Origin: the human T2T-CHM13v2.0 reference genome, Homo sapiens
Strand: one strand, 5' to 3'
Assembly: GCF_009914755.1 (NCBI RefSeq)
Contig: NC_060947.1
Length of the DNA: 64,000 nucleotides
Shown here: one piece after another, positions 56,283 to 64,000 of the stretch
Numbering within the stretch: the stretch's first letter is position 1
How the letters are laid out: the number at the start of each line of letters is the position of its first letter
Translations under genes and position numbers: made by a program
The notes under the pieces: generated by a model
What the model saw: only the letters and a program-made list of their open reading frames with translations
Told to the model about the DNA's origin: nothing
The model's database searches: none

Positions 56283-56725
56283 ACTACAGGTTGAATTTTG
56301 TTCCCCCAAATTAATATGTTGAAGTTTCAACCCCCAGTGCTGTAGAATGTCACATTATTTTAATACAAGGTTCTTGTAGAAGTAATGAGCTAAGATGAAG
56401 TAATTAGGGCAAGACTTAATCCAATACTACTGGCCTTTTAATAAAAAGGGGAAATTTGGACATAGACCCAGTGAGAATGTCACATAAAAACAAAGGCAGA
56501 GATTGGAATGATGCTTCTGAAAGCCAAGAAATGCCAGTGTCCGCCAGAAAATCACTGATTTAGCTAGGCAAGAGACATGGTAGATTCTGAGAGGCCTCCG
56601 AAGAAACCGACCCTGTCAACACCTTGATAATAAACTTACAGCCTCCAGAGCTGTGAGCAAATACATGATGTATAAGCCACTCAGTTTGTGGTATTTTATT
56701 ATGGCCACCTTAGCAAATTAAAGCT
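56283..56725 (+). mobile_element. MLT1B/C-like MaLR LTR
   Basis: ggttgaattttgttcccccaaattaatatgttgaag..ggcagagattggaatgatgc..cagcctccagagctgtgag..agtttgtggtatttt. Confidence 0.8.
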
Positions 56726-57521
56726 ACCTGTAACATTGAAAACATTAGAAGAGTAATTTCCACATTAAATGCAAAGAGGAAACATTATTTCAAAACAAAG
56801 CTAGAATACCTGTATAATATGATCCGGTAGCTTTCAGAGGCAAGAATATCACATGCAAAATGAGGGACACTGTAAACTGATAAAGGGAGAATTGACCAAG
56901 GAAATATAAGAATTTAAATATTTAATATTTAGGTATCCAAAATAACACTGCTTCAAAGTCAACATTGAATAAAATAGCAAAACTTAAAGGAGAAATGGGC
57001 AAATTCACAATTATAGTCAAATATGCCAACATTCTTCTTTTAATAAATGATAAAAGATGCAGACAAAAAATCAGTAAAATATACAGACTTGAAAAACAAT
57101 ATCAAACAACTTGACTTAACTGACTTTGGTAGAACACATGACACAACAACAGTAGAATACACAGTGTTTTCAAGCACACACAGAACATTTACCAAGATAA
57201 ACCAGATAGAGGATCATTAAACAAGTCGAATAAATGTAAAATGATTGAAGCCATACAAAGTACATTCTCTGACCACAATGAAATTGAACTAGGAATTAAT
57301 ATCAGAAAAAAATGTCTAAGAAGTTCCCAAGTAATTTAATACTAAATAGCATAGTTCTGGAGAGGATATGGATCAAGGAAAGAATAAGATACAATTAGAA
57401 AATATTTTGAACTAAATGAGAATGAAAAGACAAACTACCAAAATTTGTGGGACCCAGATTTAAAAATATTTGGAGGTAAATTCATAGCACTAAAATTTCT
57501 ACATCATAAAAGATTGGTCTC

Positions 57522-57823
<302 letters not shown>

Positions 57824-58654
57824 TTAGCTTCTATATTTAGAAAATAAGACAAAAGAGCAAATTAAATCCAAAATAAACAGAATAAAGAAAATAATAAAAC
57901 TGAAGCAAAAATGAATGAAATAGAAAACAAAAATATACTAAGGAAAATCAATGTAATGAAAAGGTAGTTCATTGAAATGATTAATATAACTGATAAACCT
58001 CTAGCCAGATCAATCTGGAAAAAACATACACATTAGGAATGCTAGAGGTGCCATCACTAAAGTTCCACATCTATTAAGTGGATAACAATTGAATGTCATA
58101 AAAACCTTTATGCAAATAAATGCAACAACTGAAATGAACGACAAATACCTTGAAAAGACAAGCTACCAATGCTAACACAAAAATAAATAGATAACCCGAA
58201 TACTATATCTAAAAACAGAAATGAAATTTTTAAATAAAACTTTCACACAAAGAAAATTTCTGGCCAGATGACTTTGCATAAGAATTCTAACGAATATCAA
58301 AAGAAGAAATAATACCAAATCTGCACAAAATCTTCTAGAAAAGTAAAAGGAGAGAATGCTTTCTAATTCATTATACAAGCCCAACATTACCTTGATGCCA
58401 AAGCTAGACAAAGAAATTACAAGAAAATCACAAACTAATGTCCCCCATGAACAAATTCAAAAATTTCTAACCAATTTTTACTAAAATGAATAGTTTACAG
58501 AATGGATAACATATCCATAGCCAAGTGAGTTTTATGTAATGTTGAATTAACTTTAGAAAAATAGTATCATTAACAATTAACAGACTATAAAAGAAAACAT
58601 GATCATCTTAATAGACACACAAAAAGCACTTGACAAAATCCAACATCCATTCTT

Positions 58655-59412
58655 TTTTTTTTTTTTTTAATTTTTTTTTTTTTATTATACTCTAAGTTTT
58701 AGGGTACATGTGCACATTGTGCAGGTTAGTTACATATGTATACATGTGCCATGCTGGTGCGCTGCACCCACTAACGTGTCATCTAGCATTAGGTATATCT
58801 CCCAATGCTATCCCTCCCCCCTCCCCCGACCCCACCACAGTCCCCAGAGTGTGATATTCCCCTTCCTGTGTCCATGTGATCTCATTGTTCAATTCCCACC
58901 TATGAGTGAGAATATGCGGTGTTTGGTTTTTTGTTCTTGCGATAGTTTACTGAGAATGATGGTTTCCAATTTCATCCATGTCCCTACAAAGGACATGAAC
59001 TCATCATTTTTTATGGCTGCATAGTATTCCATGGTGTATATGTGCCACATTTTCTTAATCCAGTCTATCATTGTTGGACATTTGGGTTGGTTCCAAGTCT
59101 TTGCTATTGTGAATAGTGCCGCAATAAACATACGTGTGCATGTGTCTTTATAGCAGCATGATTTATAGTCCTTTGGGTATATACCCAGTAATGGGATGGC
59201 TGGGTCAAATGGTATTTCTAGTTCTAGATCCCTGAGGAATCGCCACACTGACTTCCACAATGGTTGAACTAGTTTACAGTCCCACCAACAGTGTAAAAGT
59301 GTTCCTATTTCTCCACATCCTCTCCAGCACCTGTTGTTTCCTGACTTTTTAATGATTGCCATTCTAACTGGTGTGAGATGATATCTCATAGTGGTTTTGA
59401 TTTGCATTTCTC
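58655..59412 (-). mobile_element. L1HS pre-Ta 3' portion (about 760 bp including tail)
   Basis: minus strand reads GATGAC-ACG-TTAGTGGG (pre-Ta ACG), CTTAGAGTATAAT (G diagnostic) and CCACTATGAGATATCATC. Confidence 0.92.
58889..59407 (-). pseudogene. L1 ORF2p C-terminal 172 aa (Cys-rich domain), uninterrupted but 5'-truncated
   Basis: [44 protein letters not shown]...SLIGGN matches the L1 ORF2p end. Confidence 0.93.
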
Positions 59413-59464
59413 AAAAAAATATGGAACGCTTCACGAATTTGCGTGTCATCCTTGCGCAGGGGCC

Positions 59465-59515
<51 letters not shown>

Positions 59516-59521
59516 GAGCAC
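59413..59521 (-). pseudogene. RNU6: full-length U6 snRNA retrocopy (RNU6 pseudogene)
   Basis: minus strand GTGCTCGCTTCGGCAGCACATATAC...ACAGAGAAG...GAAGCGTTCCATA plus T7 matches canonical U6 as I recall it; upstream is TSD/L1, not a U6 PSE/TATA promoter. Confidence 0.97.
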
Positions 59522-60782
59522 CCAACATCCATTCTTGATAAAACCTCTCTCTTAGCAAATTAGCATTAGAAAGGTAATTCTCCCTTCTGATAAAAGGCAT
59601 CTATAATAAACCTTCAACAGCATACTTAATGATAAAAGGTTGAATGCTTTCCCAAGATAAGGAAAAAACAAAGATATTAGTGCTGACTACTTGTCTTCAA
59701 TGTTGTATTAGAGGTTCTAGCCAATGTAATAATGGAAGAAAAAGACATAAAATCTTTCCAGAATGAAAAAAGTAACAGTGCTTATTAATAGACAACAATA
59801 TCATCTAAATTTTAAAAAAATGTTACAATCTACAAAAAATTTTCTAGAACTAATAAGTGAATTTATCAAGGTTGTGGAATCTAAGATCAGTATAAAAAAT
59901 GATATCTCTATATGCTAGCAGTAAAAATTATAAATTAAAATTTTAAAACTGCCACTAACAAAAATATAAAATATTTAATAATAAATTTGACAAAAATATG
60001 CAAGAACTGTAGAGCAGAAACAACAAAGTATTGTAAAGAGAAATTAAAGAAAACCTAAATAAATTGAAGCATATTACCATATATAATATGATAGGGGAAA
60101 TATCATATATTCATATAGCATATGAACAGTGGAAAGGGTTAATAGGTCCCTTTTGGGTTCAAAAGGGGCTTATTGAGGGTTTGATGGCTGAATATTGTTA
60201 TAATTTCAAATCTTCCCCCCAAATTATTAATAGAATCAATGTAATCTCAATCAGAAACCTAGCAGGCTTAAGAAAAAAGACAAGCCAGTTATAGAATATA
60301 TGTGGAAATACAAAGGAATCAGAATATCCATTAAAAATTTAAAAGTAAAAACAGAAATGAAGAACTAACATTATCAACATTAGCTGATTTATAGACTTGT
60401 TTTTAAAAAATGGTTATCAAGACAGACAGATATATCAATGGAATAGAATATTGAGTCCAGAAATTGACCCACACAAAAATGGTCTGTTGATTTTTGACAA
60501 AGGCCTATGTAAAATTTGGTGGGAAAGGATAGTCATTTCAACAAATTGTGCTAGAAAAATTAGATATTCATATGTAAAATAATGATTATAATAAACTTCA
60601 ATCCATACCTTATACCATATATAAAAATTTACTCAAGATGGAACTTAGATTTAGATGTCACATGTAAAACTATAAAATTTCTAGAAGAAAATGTCAGACA
60701 ACATCTTCATGAATCTGGATTTGGCATAGATTTCTTAAATACAACATAAAAAATCCAAAATATGAAAGAAAAAGTCGATAAC

Positions 60783-61153
60783 TATCTTAGTCTATTTGTG
60801 CTGCTATACAAAATAATTTAGACTGAGTAGTTTATAAAGAAAATAAATTAACCTTTTGTAATTCCAGAGGCTGGGAAGTCCAAGATCAAGATACCAGCAG
60901 GCTTGGTGTGTAGTGAGGGTTGCACACTTTGTCTAAGATATTACCTTGTTGCTGCATCTTCAAAGGGGAGAAATGTTGTATTCACATGTAGAAGAAAAGC
61001 AAAAAGGGCTTAAGTTAGTTCCTTCCTGCCCTTTTATAATGATCTGCCCTCCTGACTTAATCACTTCCCAAAAGGCCTCACCTTTTAATATCACCACCAT
61101 GGGGATGAAGTTTCAACATGTGAATTTTGGAAGGGACACATTCAAACCATAGC
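60783..61153 (-). mobile_element. MST-type (MSTC/D-like) MaLR 3' LTR
   Basis: cttagtctatttgtgctgctata ... ggacacattcaaaccatagca. Confidence 0.85.
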
Positions 61154-61882
61154 ATTCCACCACTGATGGCCCGAAATTCATGTTCTCCTCACTTACAAAA
61201 TACATTAATTCCATCCCAAAAGTGTTAACTCATTCCAGCATAACCTTTAAAGTTTATATCCAAAGTCTCATCTAGAACATGCAAATATTATCTAAATCAG
61301 ATATGGGTGATACTCAAGGTGTGATTCATTCGGAGTCAAATTTGCCTCCAACTGTGAGCCTGTGATATCAAACCAGTTATATGCATCCAAAATACCATGG
61401 CGAGACAGTCATGGGATAGGCATTCCCATTCCAAAAGATAAAACTAGGCAAGAGAAAAGGGGTAATAGGTTGCTTTTGGGTTCAAGACAAAACAGGACAA
61501 ACAATATTAAATCTTAAGGCCTGAGAATAATATCATTTGACTCCATGTCCCACTTTCCAGACACTCATGAGTGAAGGTTGATTCCCCAAGCCTCCAAAAA
61601 ACTTTGCCCCTTTGGATTTGTTGGGTGCAGCCCATGCCACAGCTCTCAGGGTTTGATTTCATGTACCTGGAGCTCTCCCAGGCTGGCATTGCAGACTGGT
61701 GGCTGTGCAGGTCTGGGGTCTTGGAGGTGGCCTTCCCCCAATAACCCCAGTAAATACTGCCCTAGTGGGGGCTCTCTGCAGTATCCATGACCTCTCAGCT
61801 CCACTGGGCATTTCCCCAGTGGAGATCTGCTGTGGTAGCCCTGACCCCATGGCTCAACTGGGCATTGCCCTAGTGGGGGCAC

Positions 61883-62628
61883 TGATGTGGTCAGGCTTCA
61901 TGTCCCCACCTAAATCTCATCTTGAATTGTAATCCCCATAATCCCCACACCCTGGTCAAGGGTGGGACCAGATGGAAGTAATTGAATCATGGGGGCATTT
62001 GATAATGAGTGAGTTATCAGGAGATCTGATGGTTTTATAAGGGGCTTGATGTGGTTTGGTTTTGTCCCCACCCAAATCTCATATTTAATTGTAGTTCCCA
62101 TTATCTTCATGTGTCATAGGAGGGACCCAGTGAGCAGTAATTTAATCATGGGAGCGGTTACCTCCATATTGTTCTTGTGATAGTGAGTGAGTTCCCACAA
62201 GATCTCTTGGTTTTATAAGGGGCTTTTCAAAACCCCTTTGCTTAGGACTTTTCCTTCCTGCTGCCATGTGAAAAAGGACATGTTTGCTTCCCCTTCCATC
62301 ATGATTGTAAGTTTCCTGATGCCTCCCCAGCCCTGTAGAACTGTGAGTCAATTAAAACTCTTTCCTTTATAAATATTACCGAGTCTCAGGTATGTCTTTA
62401 TTAGCAGTGTGAGAATGGACTAATACAGGGCTCTTACCCCTTCACTCAGCACTTCTTCCTGCTGCCTTGTGAGAAAGTGCCTTGCTTCCTCTTTGCCTTC
62501 CTCCATGATTGTAAGTTTCCTGAGACCTCCCCATCCATGCTGAACTGTGAGTCAATTAAACCTATTTCCTTTGTAAATTATCCAATCTCAGGCAGTTCTT
62601 TATAGCAATATGAAAACAGACTAATGCA
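61883..62628 (+). mobile_element. THE1D-like solo LTR (outer), split by a second THE1
   Basis: tgatgtgg...gactaatgca; TSD GGCAC / GGCAT. Confidence 0.85.
62047..62427 (+). mobile_element. THE1D-like solo LTR (inner)
   Basis: tgatgtggtttgg...gactaataca; perfect TSD GGGCT at 62042-62046 and 62428-62432. Confidence 0.9.
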
Positions 62629-63721
62629 GGCATTCTGCAGTGGCCCTGATCCTGCAGTAGTTCTCTGATTGGACCCCAAGTTTCTCTGAGGCATTCATTG
62701 AAATTTAGGAGGTATCCATGCCTCCACAGCTCATTCGCTCTGGGTGACTGCAAAGTAAGCACCACGTGAATGCTGTCAACGTTTATATAGCCTGTACCTT
62801 CCAGAGAAGCTGCCCTTGCTGCAACTAGGCCCACTTGAGCCACAGCTGAGACTGCTGCGGAGCACTGCACTGGAATAGGGGAAGCAGAGACTTGAGGTGG
62901 CCTTAGGCAGCAAACTCTGAGGATCTTCAGGCTTCCCAGGACCCTGCCTTGAAACCATTCTGCCCTCAAGCAACTAGCTCTCTGTGGCTGTGATGAGAGT
63001 GGTAGCCTGGAAGATCTCTGAATTGCCTTCAGGGTCATTCCTCCATTGTTTTGATAAAAGGAATCAGGCTTCTTCCTATCTATACTAATCTCCTCATCAA
63101 ATGGTCACTTGGCCACACCCTTGGTTTTCTCTCCTAAACACAGGTTTTTATTCTTTACTCGGCGAGGTTGACAATTTTCCAAATCTTCACATTCTTCTTC
63201 CTTTTTGATTATAAATTCTATCTTTAATGTGTTTCTCTTTTACTGCATTTTACTATAAGCAGCTGGGCCACACCATAGAGCACCCTGAACAATTTGCTTA
63301 GATATTTCTTTCACCAAATATTCTAGTTCATCACTCTTAAATCCCGCCTTCCACAAAGCAGAACGTGGATACAACTCAGCCAAGTACTTTGCCACTTTGT
63401 AACAAGGATGGCTTCTTCTCTAGTTTCCAGTAAGATATTCTTCATTTCCATCTGAGACCTCATCAGGATGGCCTTTACTGTCCATATTTTTATGAACATT
63501 CTGTTCATGACCACTTAGGTAATCTCTAAGACTGAGCCTTTCTCTACAGCTCTCCTCTTCTAAGCTCTCACCAGAATTGCCCTTAACATTCTGTCCATGG
63601 CAATCCAAGCTTTTTCTAGCCTGCACCTTAAAACTCTTCCAACCTCTACCCAGTTCCAAAGCCACATTCACATTTTTAGGTATTTGTTAGAGCAGCACAC
63701 TTACTTGTCAATACCAATTTC

Positions 63722-63920
63722 TGTCTTAGTTTGTGCCGCTATGGAGTACCTTAGACTGAGTAATTTACAGTTCAGGAGGCCAGGAAGTTCAATATCAACA
63801 CACAAGCAGGTTAGGTATCTGGTGAGTGCTGCTCTCTATTTCTAAGATGGCACCCTGTAACTGCATCTTCCAGAGGGGAAGAATGCTGTGTCCTCACCTG
63901 GCAGAAGAGCAGAACACTGG
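63722..63920 (-). mobile_element. MST-type MaLR 5' LTR (partial)
   Basis: tgtcttagtttgtgccgctat..cttagactgagtaattta..tctaagatggcacc, homologous to 60783-61153. Confidence 0.8.
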
Positions 63921-64000
63921 TCTTCTATGGCTTTTTCTTGAACATTTCAAGCTGCTTCATACAACAAGGCTGTTGAACTTGGCTATCTCCTCTGCCCAGA

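Larger units (their letters stand above)
58655..59521 (-). mobile_element. U6/L1HS chimeric retrocopy
   Basis: U6 fused to L1 3' end and poly(A); perfect TSD CCAACATCCATTCTT at 58640-58654 and 59522-59536. Confidence 0.97.
61154..63721 (-). mobile_element. MaLR (MST-int) internal region with nested THE1 LTRs
   Basis: gggataggcattcccattcc; ccttgaaaccattctgccct; ttccatctgagacctcatcag; lies between two like LTRs. Confidence 0.85.

Noticed and set aside
59413-59521. Functional U6 gene
   Set aside because: U6 needs upstream PSE/TATA/DSE elements; here the upstream sequence is TSD and old L1, and the copy is fused to L1
59364-59600. 78-aa ORF containing ARFGSTYTKIGTIQRRLAWPLRKDD
   Set aside because: This is simply U6 snRNA translated, a common spurious protein

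Overview
Human (primate) genomic DNA, AT-rich and dominated by interspersed repeats: about 35 Alus, many L1 and L2 fragments, MIR, hAT DNA-transposon relics, and ERV1/ERVL/MaLR LTRs. I could not support any protein-coding gene. The long ORFs in the track come from Alu, L1, U6 or a minisatellite. The main findings: (1) a young U6 snRNA/L1HS (pre-Ta diagnostics) chimeric retrocopy at 58655-59521 (-) with a perfect 15-bp TSD and a 7-T junction; (2) a HERV-W solo LTR (LTR17, 25167-26067) carrying a CpG-rich 24-bp minisatellite of about 9 copies plus two strong antisense splice donors, which with several downstream minus-strand exon-like segments suggests (unproven) an LTR-initiated spliced lncRNA; (3) a triple-nested MaLR stack with intact TSDs; (4) small template-switch or palindromic scars. 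Subfamily names come from recalled consensus motifs, not RepeatMasker, and boundaries of old elements are approximate. I found no convincing new biological system; the LTR17 minisatellite/antisense-transcript model is the best lead.
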